Part shown: piece after piece, positions 1 to 9,498 of the stretch
Layout: each line of letters begins with the position of its first letter
Numbering within the stretch: position 1 is the first letter of the stretch
The notes under the pieces: model-generated
What the model was told of the DNA's origin: nothing
Databases searched by the model: none
Seen by the model: only the letters and a program-made list of their open reading frames with translations
Source: Pelagomonas calceolata
Taxonomy: Eukaryota
NCBI GenBank assembly: GCA_918797485.1
Contig: CAKKNE010000005.1
Span: 1,860,001 to 1,924,000 of the forward strand
Length of the DNA: 64,000 nt
Direction: 5' to 3'
Position numbers and translations under genes: made by a program

Positions 1-211
1 GGCCCGCCCGCAGCTCGCCGTCCGACAGGGGCCGCTCGAGCCGGACGGCGACGACGTGCGCCGTCGGCGGCAGCGCGCAGGACGCGAGCGACCGCCGCGG
101 CGCGAAGAGACATTCCATGCCGCCCAGCGGCCGCGGCGCGGCGCCCCCCATCCGCGGCGCGAGCCGGAGGGCAAGGGCGGCAGGCAGCAGCAGGACGGTC
201 AGGCGTGCCAT
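1..211 (-). CDS. 5' part of a gene running off the window edge: signal/transit peptide followed by a possible condensation/alcohol-acyltransferase-like N-terminus
   Basis: Manual translation from ATG 211: MARLTVLLLPAALALRLAPRMGGAAPRPLGGMECLF...AHVVAVRLERPLSDGELRAG, open to position 1. The RxLGxxE motif is typical of CoA-dependent acyltransferase N-termini. Confidence 0.55.
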   Translation of the reverse strand, partial: MARLTVLLLPAALALRLAPRMGGAAPRPLGGMECLFAPRRSLASCALPPTAHVVAVRLERPLSDGELRAG

Positions 212-221
212 GATGTTAAGA

Positions 222-263
222 CGATTACAGCTTATGGCCCGTCGATTACAGCTTATGGCCCGT
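222..263. repeat. Perfect 21-bp tandem duplication (CGATTACAGCTTATGGCCCGT x2)
   Basis: Seen directly, just upstream of ATG 211. Confidence 0.9.
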
Positions 264-454
264 CATGCAAGACCTTTCCTAGCACAAGGAGTGCAGAGGG
301 ACCAAACAGTGCAGGGGAGACCGAAGGCGATCTTCAGGTTGGTGAGCCTAGTGTCTCACAGGCCGCTAGCAATCTCTATGGAAGCGAGTGCCCCACACGC
401 CACTGGGGAGAAGAAGCTACTAAATAAGGCAGACGTTTAGGGGGGGGGGAACAA

Positions 455-1921
455 CTAGGCGCCGTTCAGCGACGGGAACACGCCGGGCGCGTCGTCCGCC
501 GCGACGTCGAGCTGCGTGCCCGCGGCGTAGTTGTAGAGGCCCTTGCCCGTCCCAAAGTCCACGAGCACGCGCTTCGACGCGTTGGGCATGGTCAGCACGT
601 TGCAGGGGCCCACGACGACGCCGCGGTCGCCCGCCCGGACCGCGTTGTAGCCGACGCGCGCGACGACGCGCGCGCCCTTGCGGAACTGGGGCGCGTCGGC
701 CACGAGCGGCGCGTGCGCCAGGTCCGCCGGCGCGACGTCCTCCACGCCGTCGTCCGTCGCGACGCGCAGCGTCCGCCCGTCGGCCCCCAGGCCCACGACG
801 ACGCCCCGGGCGCGCCCCCGCGCGACGACCGTGTCGTCGCGGACGAAGGTCGCGCCGTCGAGCAGGGGCGCGAGCTGGATCTGCGTGTCGCACCGGTAGT
901 TGTAGGCCGCCTTGCCGTCGAAGTCCACGAGCACCCGCAGGTCCGCCCGCGACATGGCCGGGTCGCTGCACGGGCCCACGACCACGCCGCGGTCGCCGAC
1001 CTTCACCGTCTCGTAGTCGACGGACGCGACGACGACGTCGCCCTTCAGGATGCGCGGCGCGCCCGGCGCGGCCACGACCGGCGCCGGCGCCACGTCCGCC
1101 ACGGCCACGTCGCACGTCGCGCCGCTCGGCGCCCACTTCACCGTCAGGCCGCCCCGCCGGCCGCGGCCCACGACGACGCCGCGGTCGCCCGCGGCGCACT
1201 TGTTCCGGACGGCGGCGCGCGCGATGACCCCGTCGCCCAGCACGTGCTGGCCCGCGAGCGGCGCGCGCCGGGCCTGCTGGCCCTTGGTGTAGACGTACGT
1301 GCCCTTGCCGTCGTCGAAGCGCACGCGGCACCGCTTGTGCGGCGCCTTCTCGGCCGCGTCCTCGCAGGGCCCCACGACCACGCCCCGGTCGCCGACGGCG
1401 ACGCGCTTCCAGGCCGTCGCCGCCACGACGAGGTCCCCGACGCTCAGGTCGTACTGCGTCGGCAGGCGCTCGCGCGGCGCGGGCGGCGACCGCGCGCCCC
1501 GCGCGGCGCGGTCGGAGCCGGGCGTCGACCGCGGCGGCGGCGGCGGCGGCGCGTCGGCCTCCTCGCCGTGGAGGAGGTTCCAGCACGCGCGCGCGCGCTC
1601 GACGAGCCCGCTGCCGCAGCTCCGCGGCAGGCCCAGCTCGGCCACGGCCTGGTCCACGACCTGCACGTGGCTCCCGCTCAGCCCCAGCTCGAGCCGCAGC
1701 CCGGCGACGATGTGCGCGAGGGGCGGCGCGGCCGTCGCCGACGGGCTCAGCGCCTCGGGGCTCAGCGGCGGCGCGGCGGGCGTGGCCTCCACGGGCACGG
1801 CCTCGGCGTAGACGGGCGGGCCGTCCCAGGCCGCCGGCGCCGCCGGCGTGGCCGGCGTGGCGGGGACGGGCGGCCGGCTTCGGCCGCCCTCATTGGCCGA
1901 ACCGGAGGGCGTGTTGCCCAT
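455..1921 (-). CDS. Hypothetical protein with about 5 internal beta-rich repeats (GDRGVVVG; SH3/KOW/Mib-Herc2-like)
   Basis: 488-aa ORF with GC3-rich codons; recurring GDxVVA...GDRGVVVGPC...VxVDF/VRF units; N-terminal MGN (possible myristoylation). Confidence 0.75.
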   Translation of the reverse strand: MGNTPSGSANEGGRSRPPVPATPATPAAPAAWDGPPVYAEAVPVEATPAAPPLSPEALSPSATAAPPLAHIVAGLRLELGLSGSHVQVVDQAVAELGLPRSCGSGLVERARACWNLLHGEEADAPPPPPPRSTPGSDRAARGARSPPAPRERLPTQYDLSVGDLVVAATAWKRVAVGDRGVVVGPCEDAAEKAPHKRCRVRFDDGKGTYVYTKGQQARRAPLAGQHVLGDGVIARAAVRNKCAAGDRGVVVGRGRRGGLTVKWAPSGATCDVAVADVAPAPVVAAPGAPRILKGDVVVASVDYETVKVGDRGVVVGPCSDPAMSRADLRVLVDFDGKAAYNYRCDTQIQLAPLLDGATFVRDDTVVARGRARGVVVGLGADGRTLRVATDDGVEDVAPADLAHAPLVADAPQFRKGARVVARVGYNAVRAGDRGVVVGPCNVLTMPNASKRVLVDFGTGKGLYNYAAGTQLDVAADDAPGVFPSLNGA

Positions 1922-2347
1922 CGCTGCCCAGCCGTCGGAGTCGGACGCGGGGCGGTCCCGTCGTCACGCCGCGGGCTGCCCGATGATGTCCGGGTGGGAC
2001 CGGTGCGTGTTTTGGTTCGGGAGACCGACGTCGCAGCCGATGATTTCGGCGTTCGGGTTTCGGACGAGGCCTCTCGCGCGACCGGTCTGCGTGGCGAGGA
2101 CACCTCGGATTGGTCGTTGAAAAAGGTCTCGCAGTAAAACCCGTTTTTGAGGCCTAGGCTGCTCGCGCGCCGCACTTTTAAACGTAAACCGCGACGTCGG
2201 CGCCAGCAACGCGCCCGCAGTCCGAGACGGTCACCCGGTACGACGCCTGGGCCGCGCTCGTCGAACACATAAGGCTGGCACGCATCGGCCACGCATCGAT
2301 TCGGAACGCCTGCGGCCAGCCGAGAACGCGCGCGGGCGGTAACAGAG

Positions 2348-2977
2348 ATGGCGCCGGCGGCAGACGACGAGGACGCACGGCTCTTCCAGGTCTGGCGCGG
2401 CTCGCTGGCCGTCTCGACGAACATCCTGGCGAAGCTCGGCAGCCACGCGCTCGACCCGGCCTCCGCCGGCGAGGCCGCCGGCGCCGTGACGGGATTGCTG
2501 CGGGGCGCGGCGGCGGCGGCCGCGGACCTCGAGGCGCGCCAGCGGGCGGCGCGCCGCGAGCTGGCCGCGGCGCTGGCCGTCGTCGCGGAGCTGCGCGCGC
2601 TGGCGGAGGGCCAGCGCGCGGCGCTCGCGGCGACCGACGACGCGACGCCGACGGCGTCGCGCGCCGTCGAGGCCGCGCTCGAGACGGACGCGGAGCGGGC
2701 CCTGCGCGCGCGCTGCGCCGCGCTGGGGGACGAGGCGGTCGCGGCGCGCGAGGCCGCGCGCATCTCGAAGGTCGTCGGCGAGACGCTCGAGCGCCGCGCG
2801 ACCCGGGCCGAGGCCGCGGCCGAGGCCGCGCAGCGCCTCGCGGAGCAGGAGCGGGCGCGACGGCGGAGCCTGGAGCGCGTCGTCGACCATCTGGAGGCCC
2901 TGGTCGCCGCCGCCGACGCGGAGCCCGGCGAGGACGAGGACGCTTCGTACGACGGAGACGACGGGGTGGGGGACTAG
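2348..2977 (+). CDS. Hypothetical coiled-coil protein
   Basis: 209-aa ATG ORF, Ala/Glu/Arg heptads, acidic tail, typical codon use. Confidence 0.65.
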   Translation: MAPAADDEDARLFQVWRGSLAVSTNILAKLGSHALDPASAGEAAGAVTGLLRGAAAAAADLEARQRAARRELAAALAVVAELRALAEGQRAALAATDDATPTASRAVEAALETDAERALRARCAALGDEAVAAREAARISKVVGETLERRATRAEAAAEAAQRLAEQERARRRSLERVVDHLEALVAAADAEPGEDEDASYDGDDGVGD

Positions 2978-3522
2978 GTCCACGTGCGTCCTTCTTCTTC
3001 TTCTTCCAGGGGGAGAAGCGTGGACGCCCGAGAACGTCCCTGTCGTGGTCGATGTTACGGTGCTAGGACTAGTGGGCGGAGCCCCTGGGGGGGAGACACC
3101 GCGCGTCGCCGATTCATCGGCGGCGGGCGCGGGCGCTTCTTTCATAACAGCGTACCTCCTTCTAAGCAGAACCGCCTCGGCACCCCCCCCGAACAATGTG
3201 CAACGTTCGCCCGTTCAATCAACTTGTCCCGCGACTTCCCACAGGCGACCTTTTTGGACCGATTTACTCAGAACGTGCCCTTCGTCTCTTCGGGAAGGGC
3301 ACCGACGCCCGCGCGACGGCCTCTCGGACGTTGGCCGGGCGCCCACGGCTCGCGCGCAGCCGGCCGGCGAGGCCGCGCCGCCGACCGCGAATGTTACTGG
3401 GCCGATGGCCACTAGTCCTAGCACCGCAACAATATATGAATGGATGTTTCTCGGTCGTGGTCGACTTGGGCTCACGTAGGGGACACCCCGTAGACACACT
3501 AGTAAATACAAATAACAGATAA

Positions 3523-4452
3523 TTACGCCGCCGCCGGCAACACCACATCAAATTCGTTCGCCTTCTTCCGCCGCGGCCGCAGCCGGTGCTCGGGCGCCGG
3601 CGCCGGCGCCGCGTCGGCCCCGCCGGCGGCGAGGCAGAGGTGCAGGAGCCGCGGCGTCGCGCGCCGCTCGAGCTCCACGAGGCCCGCGCGCCGCAGGACG
3701 GCGTCGAAGCGCGCCGGCGTCGTGGCCGCAGACCTCTCGAGGCACGACCGCGGCACGACGAGAAAGCACAGGCCCCCCGGCCTCAGGTGCGCCACCAAGC
3801 CCGCGACCATGCGGCCCCGCGCGGCGGCGTCCGGCAGGCAATTCAGCACGAGCGCGCAGACGACGACGTCGTAGGAACCTGTGTGGAAATCAGAATTTAG
3901 GCGCCCCACGCCATCGACGCGACGTGCTTCCGTAGCTGCGCCTGTGCGATGGCGTGGCGATTCCACGCCATCGACGCGACGTTGTCCCCGTGGCCGCGTC
4001 GTAACATAACTCACTGGTTGATTTCCGCGCAGGTAGGAACCCTGCGGTCGCAGGTCGAAGAAGTCGACGCGCTCGATGCGTTGCATGCTGCTCCGGACGT
4101 CGATCGCCCGTACGGCCAGCCCGCGCGCCTCCAGCAGCTGCGTGTTGACGGCGCCGACCTCGAGCAGCGCCGGCGGCCGCGCGTTGGCGGCGGCGCCGAG
4201 GACGCCGCGCCGCCGCAGGACCCGGAGCACCCAGCGCGAAGTGGAGTGGAGCGCGGTGCTGAGCGCGGACGCCTCCTGGTAGCGGCCGCGCCGGGCCTCC
4301 AAGACCCGCTCCGCGGCCGCGCGCGCCGCCGCCGTGGGCGCCCGCGCCGCGTCCTGCGCGAGCCGGTGGAACTCGCTCGTCACGCGGCGCGCCACGCGCC
4401 GCGACGCGATCGGCGGCGGCACGAGCGGCGCGTCCTTGCGCTTCTTACCCAT
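3523..4452 (-). CDS. BMT2: BMT2-like 25S rRNA adenine-N1 methyltransferase; intron 3879-4040
   Basis: RYQEAS, LLEVGA (motif I), AIDV, DFF and, after removing the 162-nt introner, GSYDVVVCALVLNCLPD..RGRM, which is Bmt2-like. Confidence 0.75.
   Translation of the reverse strand: MGKKRKDAPLVPPPIASRRVARRVTSEFHRLAQDAARAPTAAARAAAERVLEARRGRYQEASALSTALHSTSRWVLRVLRRRGVLGAAANARPPALLEVGAVNTQLLEARGLAVRAIDVRSSMQRIERVDFFDLRPQGSYLRGNQPVSYVTTRPRGQRRVDGVESPRHRTGAATEARRVDGVGRLNSDFHTGSYDVVVCALVLNCLPDAAARGRMVAGLVAHLRPGGLCFLVVPRSCLERSAATTPARFDAVLRRAGLVELERRATPRLLHLCLAAGGADAAPAPAPEHRLRPRRKKANEFDVVLPAAA
3879..4032. mobile_element. Introner element (non-autonomous TIR transposon that forms intron 4040-3879 on the minus strand)
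   Basis: TIRs CTGTGTGGAAATCA / TGATTTCCGCGCAG; perfect 8-bp TSD GTAGGAAC at 3871-3878 and 4033-4040; donor GT comes from the TSD and acceptor AG from the TIR. Confidence 0.9.
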
Positions 4453-4474
4453 TATTGCTGCGCTTGCACGCACA

Positions 4475-4541
4475 CATATTAACTAGCGGTAATAAGACAC
4501 TAGCAAACTTTGCTAGCGTCTTACTGCCGCTAGTTAATATG
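4475..4541. repeat. 67-bp imperfect palindrome made of two inverted copies of the CTAGCG..TAAGAC(A/G)CTAGC motif
   Basis: CATATTAACTAGCGGTAATAAGACACTAGCAAA-c-TTTGCTAGCGTCTTACTGCCGCTAGTTAATATG; 33-bp arms with 3 mismatches. Confidence 0.85.
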
Positions 4542-4821
4542 CTCCTCGGACCATCAACAATATGATTTTGCAGACCAACCAGTAGATGCCTTTTACGGCG
4601 CCCAGAAAGAGCTTATCAGAGGACGTGTCGCAGAACAAGAAGTAAAACACCTTCCAAATGAAGAAGAGGCCGACGATGTCGCGGTGCTTGGCGAGTGTCG
4701 GCGCCGCAAACTTGATCGCTTCATAAGCCAATGCGACGATGCCGTTGAACATGAACTTGACGAACCCAAAAACGAGCACGAAAGGCGCCAAGCAGGAGGA
4801 GAAAAATTCCTGGGGCGTCAT
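4534..4821 (-). CDS. Small hypothetical membrane protein (about 95 aa)
   Basis: MTPQEFFSSCLAPFVLVFGFVKF... with three hydrophobic stretches. The longer ORF start at 4923 lies inside the MITE. Confidence 0.45.
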   Translation of the reverse strand: MTPQEFFSSCLAPFVLVFGFVKFMFNGIVALAYEAIKFAAPTLAKHRDIVGLFFIWKVFYFLFCDTSSDKLFLGAVKGIYWLVCKIILLMVRGAY

Positions 4822-4886
4822 CGTGGCCCGATTCGTGGGCCTGCGAGGACGCGGGCTTTTCGTGCTCGCCGGCGCGGCGGCGCCGC

Positions 4887-5260
4887 CAGGGTACAAATCA
4901 AACATAGGGATAGGCCGGCCCATAGAAATATTAATAATTAATTAATTAGTATTTCGGCCGGCAGACACCTCCTAAAAATTCCGCGCGCGCACGTTACCCC
5001 CCCTCTGGCGCGTAACTAGGGTAACACGCGATGCTCCACATCCGCCTCCTGAGCCCCCCACAGGCCACCCAAGGCACAGTTTGAGGCCTGTGGGAACATT
5101 ATTACACCGAATTTCGCCCGTTTAGGTCTGGTTTGGACCTAGGTGACGGGTTTTGCTGATTTTACCCCCCCTCCCTCTACTTCAACTTTACGTTGAACTT
5201 CAATCTGACGCGGCATAAGTATCCTAGGCCTATTGATATAATATTTTGATTTGTACCCTG
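4887..5260. mobile_element. hAT-like MITE, 374 bp
   Basis: Perfect 16-bp TIR CAGGGTACAAATCAAA / TTTGATTTGTACCCTG; perfect 8-bp TSD GGCGCCGC at 4879-4886 and 5261-5268; AT-richer non-coding interior. Confidence 0.9.
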
Positions 5261-6246
5261 GGCGCCGCGAAGAAGTATTTTGGAAAAGCGCGTGCGCGAC
5301 GCGCCTCGGGGGCGTAGCTGGAACGGAAGAGGTGTTGGTGAATATGTTCGCGATTTTGTATCGAGAGAGGGCGACGCAAGCCTCGCGTTTTTTGGAGGGT
5401 TTGGTTAGAGGGTTGTAACTCTTGCACTGAGGCTCACTGGTGCTCGGGGCGCCCGAGGTGGCGACCTTTGGTGTCTTTGAGGCCGCGCGGCGAGCTCTGC
5501 GTCCGCGCGATCAAAAATTGGCCTCGGTCTAGGCCAAAATATTTAGGCAATTGCATGAGGTGGATGCGAAATGTCGAGTGCTGCTGACGCAGACGCAGGC
5601 GACCGGCTCCACTACTCGAAGCCATCCGACCGCGCGCGGCCGCGCTACCGTACGCCTACGAGCTCTCGCGAGCGCCGCGCGCCGGCCGGACCTAACCGGT
5701 CCCCCACAAAATACACCTATCTGTTTTTTTTCTCCAATCTCCTGGCTAACCTAAGCGTCCCCAAATGGCGTCCCTCCGGACGGATCCCCGGAGTTGCCTG
5801 CATAAGGCTCATCGAAAACCCGAGCTCGATTTTGGTGTCCCCCCCCTTTAGCCGCGCCGTCGCCAGATCGTCTAGCCAGCCAACCACCACGCTGCACCTC
5901 GCCAGCCGAGCAGGCCACTCAGCGGCACTCCTTTGCCAGCACTCAGCGCGCTGTCAAAGTTTGAAGCGCGAGGAAGCAGCGCAACGCGAGCATCGCTTGG
6001 CCTGCACGTCGACAGCACCATCGCAAACAGGCTTGGCCCCACGAGCACCCATACTGATTAGCTTCCTTATCGCATCCTTGTATTACGCGGCACGCTGCAG
6101 CGACAAGCTGCACAGCACGCCGCATAGCACCCGTGCTCCGCCAGCCTGCAGCCTGCAGGGCGCGAGCCACAATTCTCCGCCGCGTCTGCTGCCTCGCGAG
6201 CGCCGCCGCCTTCAGTGCCAGATCTCGACGACCGCCCCGGACGATC

Positions 6247-7419
6247 ATGGCGGCGCTCGCCGCGAACGGGGACGCCGCGAAGAAGCGGCCGCCGAAGATC
6301 GAGGAGCTCATGACCGGGCCCGAGGGCCTGCGCGCGGCGGACTACGCGAACTACTTCAGCAGCTACGCCTACATCTACCACCAGAAGCAGATGCTCACCG
6401 ACTCCAAGCGCATGGAGGCCTACCGCGACGCCATCCTCGGGAACGCCGCGAATTTCAGGGACAAGGTCGTGCTGGACGTGGGCGCCGGCAGCGGCATCCT
6501 GAGCATCTGGGCGGCCAAGGCCGGCGCGAAGAAAGTGATCGCGTGCGAGTTCACGGAGATGGCGGCGCACGCGCGGCGGTTGGTCAAGGCGAACGGCCTC
6601 GAAGACGTCGTCGACGTGCGCCGGAGCGCCGTGGAGGCCCTGGACCTCGAAAAGGGGTCTGTCGATATCATCATCAGCGAGTGGATGGGCTATTTCTTAT
6701 TGAGGGAGTCGATGCTGGATTCTGTGATTTACGCGCGGGACCGCTACCTGAAGCCGGGGGGCGCCCTGTACCCGTCGCACGCGAAGATGTACTGGTGCCC
6801 CGTGGCGCTGCAGGACGACCGCGACGCGAAGCTCGCGGAGACGGCCGACACCTTAGCGGAGTGGGACGCCTTCGAGGACGAGATGATGCGCGAGCACGAC
6901 GTCGACGTGCGGGTGTTGCGGCGGCCCTACGAGGAGGAGACGCGCGACTACTGCCTGCGCCAGGCCCAGTGGCACGAGCTGACCGAGGACGTCGTGCAGG
7001 GCGAGCCCGTCTGCGTGGCGGCCTTCGATCTGAACACGATTACGCTGGGCGAGGCCCAGGGCGTCGCCGACGCGCCCTTCGCCTTCGACCTGCCCCTGGA
7101 GCGGTGCAGCGCCTTCGCCGGCTGGTTCGACTCGGACTTCGCGGGGTCGCCGTCGGCTCCGGCGTCGAACGTCGTGACGCTGGACACGTCGCCGAGCGGC
7201 GGCTACACGCACTGGGGCCAGCAGTGCTTCTTCGTGGACCCGACGCTCGTGCGCGACGCCATCCGGCGGGCCGGCGGGCGCGCGCCGCTCGCCACGAAGG
7301 GGCGCCTGAGCCTGACGCGCCAGGCGGGCGCGGCGCGGCTCTACGACGTCCACGCGACGATCGAGACCGAGGACGGCGGCGGCGGCGAGCGCCTCGCGCT
7401 GAAGTGGGAGCTGTCCTGA
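6247..7419 (+). CDS. Type I protein arginine N-methyltransferase (PRMT1/PRMT10-like)
   Basis: YFSSY..HQKQML, VLDVGAGSGILS, DIIISEWMGYFLLRESML (double-E loop), FAGWFD and THWGQQ loop. Confidence 0.93.
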   Translation: MAALAANGDAAKKRPPKIEELMTGPEGLRAADYANYFSSYAYIYHQKQMLTDSKRMEAYRDAILGNAANFRDKVVLDVGAGSGILSIWAAKAGAKKVIACEFTEMAAHARRLVKANGLEDVVDVRRSAVEALDLEKGSVDIIISEWMGYFLLRESMLDSVIYARDRYLKPGGALYPSHAKMYWCPVALQDDRDAKLAETADTLAEWDAFEDEMMREHDVDVRVLRRPYEEETRDYCLRQAQWHELTEDVVQGEPVCVAAFDLNTITLGEAQGVADAPFAFDLPLERCSAFAGWFDSDFAGSPSAPASNVVTLDTSPSGGYTHWGQQCFFVDPTLVRDAIRRAGGRAPLATKGRLSLTRQAGAARLYDVHATIETEDGGGGERLALKWELS

Positions 7420-7444
7420 TCTATAGTAACCATACTAGCTGTTC

Positions 7445-8473
7445 TTATGCGGGCGCCTCGTCCATCGCCAGCACCTCGGCCGCGACGGCGATCAAAATGA
7501 GGCCGCCGCCCGCGAGCGTCGCGGCCGTCGGCACCTCGTGGAGCAGCCCGAACGCGAAGAGCGCCGAGAAGACGGGCTGGGACGTGTACACCAGGTTCGC
7601 GCGCGCCGCGGTCACGCCGCGCTGGCCGAACGACTGCGCCCAGATCGTGTACGCGCACGTCACGGCGCCGCACCACACGACGGCCGTGGCCAGCGCGGCC
7701 GTCGTGTCCGGCGCCGCGTGCGCGAGCGACGCCGCGAAGGCGCGCCCGTCGAGGAACGGCGTGGCCGCGGCGAGCGCCGCGACGCTCAGCACCGCGAACC
7801 CGACCTCGGCCGCGGCCTTGGCCCGCGCGAGGTCGAGCGCATCGAGGCCCGGCGCGAGCGCCGACAGCCGGACGACGTGCACCGAGTACAGGAGCGCCGC
7901 GCAGAGGATCAGCAGGTCGCCCGCGGCCGGCGCCGCGCCCGTCTCCAGCCCCTCGCCGCAGAGGACCGCCACGCCGAGGAAGGCAACGGCGCAGTTGCGG
8001 TACGTGGCCCCGGCGACGGCCTTCCCCGTCACCCGGGCCTCGAGGACCGGCACGATCACCGTCGTCGTCTGCACGAGGAACGCGGCCGCGTCCGCGCTCA
8101 CGGTCTCCAGCCCGACGACCTGGAACAGGTTGCCCAGGAACAGGTAGAGGCCGAGCTCGCCCCCGGCCCGGTAGGGCAGCGGGTTCTGGGATCGCCGCGG
8201 CGCCGCGACGGCGCCCAGGCACGCGAGCGCGACGACGTAGTAGGCCAGGCTGAACACGACGCCCGGCGGCGGCGCCGGCAGCGCGTACACGGCCTTGACG
8301 GCCGGCGCGTACGTGCCCCAGGCGACGGGCACGCTCAGCAGCACGGCGACGCGCGCCGCGGTCGGCACGTCCGGCGGCGTCGCCGGGGTCGCGCGGCGCG
8401 GTGTTCGTGGGAGCCGTTTTGGCGTCGGCGCGAAGGCGGCGGCCGCGCCGAAAAGGAGTGCGCAGGGGCGCAT
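7445..8473 (-). CDS. EamA/DMT-family transporter, probably plastid-targeted
   Basis: AAAFAP (ASAFAP-like) presequence; about 10 TM segments; GLETVSA..AAFL, GDLL, AxLVYTSQPVFSALF. Confidence 0.85.
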   Translation of the reverse strand: MRPCALLFGAAAAFAPTPKRLPRTPRRATPATPPDVPTAARVAVLLSVPVAWGTYAPAVKAVYALPAPPPGVVFSLAYYVVALACLGAVAAPRRSQNPLPYRAGGELGLYLFLGNLFQVVGLETVSADAAAFLVQTTTVIVPVLEARVTGKAVAGATYRNCAVAFLGVAVLCGEGLETGAAPAAGDLLILCAALLYSVHVVRLSALAPGLDALDLARAKAAAEVGFAVLSVAALAAATPFLDGRAFAASLAHAAPDTTAALATAVVWCGAVTCAYTIWAQSFGQRGVTAARANLVYTSQPVFSALFAFGLLHEVPTAATLAGGGLILIAVAAEVLAMDEAPA

Positions 8474-8800
8474 GGCTAGTGTGAGGAGCCAATGGTGGTG
8501 CTGCGCTTGTGCAGTGGTTGTGCCAGGCGGCGGCGTCACGCAGCTATATCAAGCTGTGCGCGTCAGCGCGACGACGAATAGATGCTGCAAGGTGGCGCTC
8601 GGTAGGGCTGGAGCTCTTGTGCCAGTGGCTGTACCTGCAGCACTCGTCTCAGAGTTGTTGCCAGGCAAGGCTGTTACGCACGCATTGTGCCACGCATCAA
8701 ATTTCTCGCGGCGCTGGTGAAAAACGCTACTCTGGTCGGCGCGCGCGCACGGTACACTGCTGCAAGCTTGGGAGCTCAGTGCACGAGCACGTCGATCACA

Positions 8801-9268
8801 ATGGCCCAGCCGTTGCGGCTGAATCCGAGAGCTTTCGCTGCTTGCGCGTCCTGGCTCGACGCGGCAGAAGACGACGACGAGGCCGCGACCGCGCCCGAGG
8901 CCCCGCGGCCGACGGGGCCGCGCGCCGGACTCGGCGCCGCGCCGCGCGCGCGCAAAACGCAGCAGGACGCGTCGCTCGCGGCCCGCATCGCGCGCGACGA
9001 TAGGAAACGGGGCGGCGGCCGTGGCGGCGGGCGCGGCCGCATACGCGGCGACGACTCCGACGACGACGCGGCCGGCTCCGCCTCCGACGACTCCGACGAC
9101 GAGGGCGAGTCGCGCTACGGGCGAGGTCGCGCGGCCGCGGCGCCGCACGCGAGTAGTGCGGCGCGGCCGCGCGCGGCCGCGGCGCCGCACGCGAGTAGTG
9201 CGGCGCGGCCGCGCGCGGCCGCGGCGCCGCACGCGAGTAGTCGGAAGCGGCGGAGGAAAAACGAGTAA
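8801..9268 (+). CDS. Hypothetical small basic/acidic nuclear-type protein with a 14-aa tandem repeat
   Basis: ATG 8801; PRAGLGA, acidic DSDDEGESR, C-terminal RKRRRK. Confidence 0.6.
   Translation: MAQPLRLNPRAFAACASWLDAAEDDDEAATAPEAPRPTGPRAGLGAAPRARKTQQDASLAARIARDDRKRGGGRGGGRGRIRGDDSDDDAAGSASDDSDDEGESRYGRGRAAAAPHASSAARPRAAAAPHASSAARPRAAAAPHASSRKRRRKNE
9128..9241. repeat. 42-bp coding minisatellite, about 2.7 copies (RAAAAPHASSAARP)
   Basis: GAGTAGT recurs at 9151, 9193 and 9235. Confidence 0.9.
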
Positions 9269-9498
9269 GTGGATGCTCGGACCCTCTTACTACTAAGGTA
9301 GACTATCTTACTATCTGGTCGGTGCGGGGCTGGCCGGAAGTGGCCTCGCACTGATGAATAGAAGTGTTCTAAGTTCGTGAACAAGGTAGGCGCACCACCA
9401 CGTACGTTCGTCCCGCGCGCCGACCGGGGGCAGCGCGCGCGCACCCGCTTCACGCAGCGCACCCACCCCAGACGCCCTCACGCAGGGCACAAAGAACG

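Noticed and set aside
2984..3520. Short ORFs in the spacer
   Set aside because: No coding bias or recognisable motif.
5690..5855. Possible second MITE
   Set aside because: Terminal similarity too weak and no TSD.
9340..9400. TGATGA box C-like motif (snoRNA?)
   Set aside because: No box D or terminal stem at a suitable distance.
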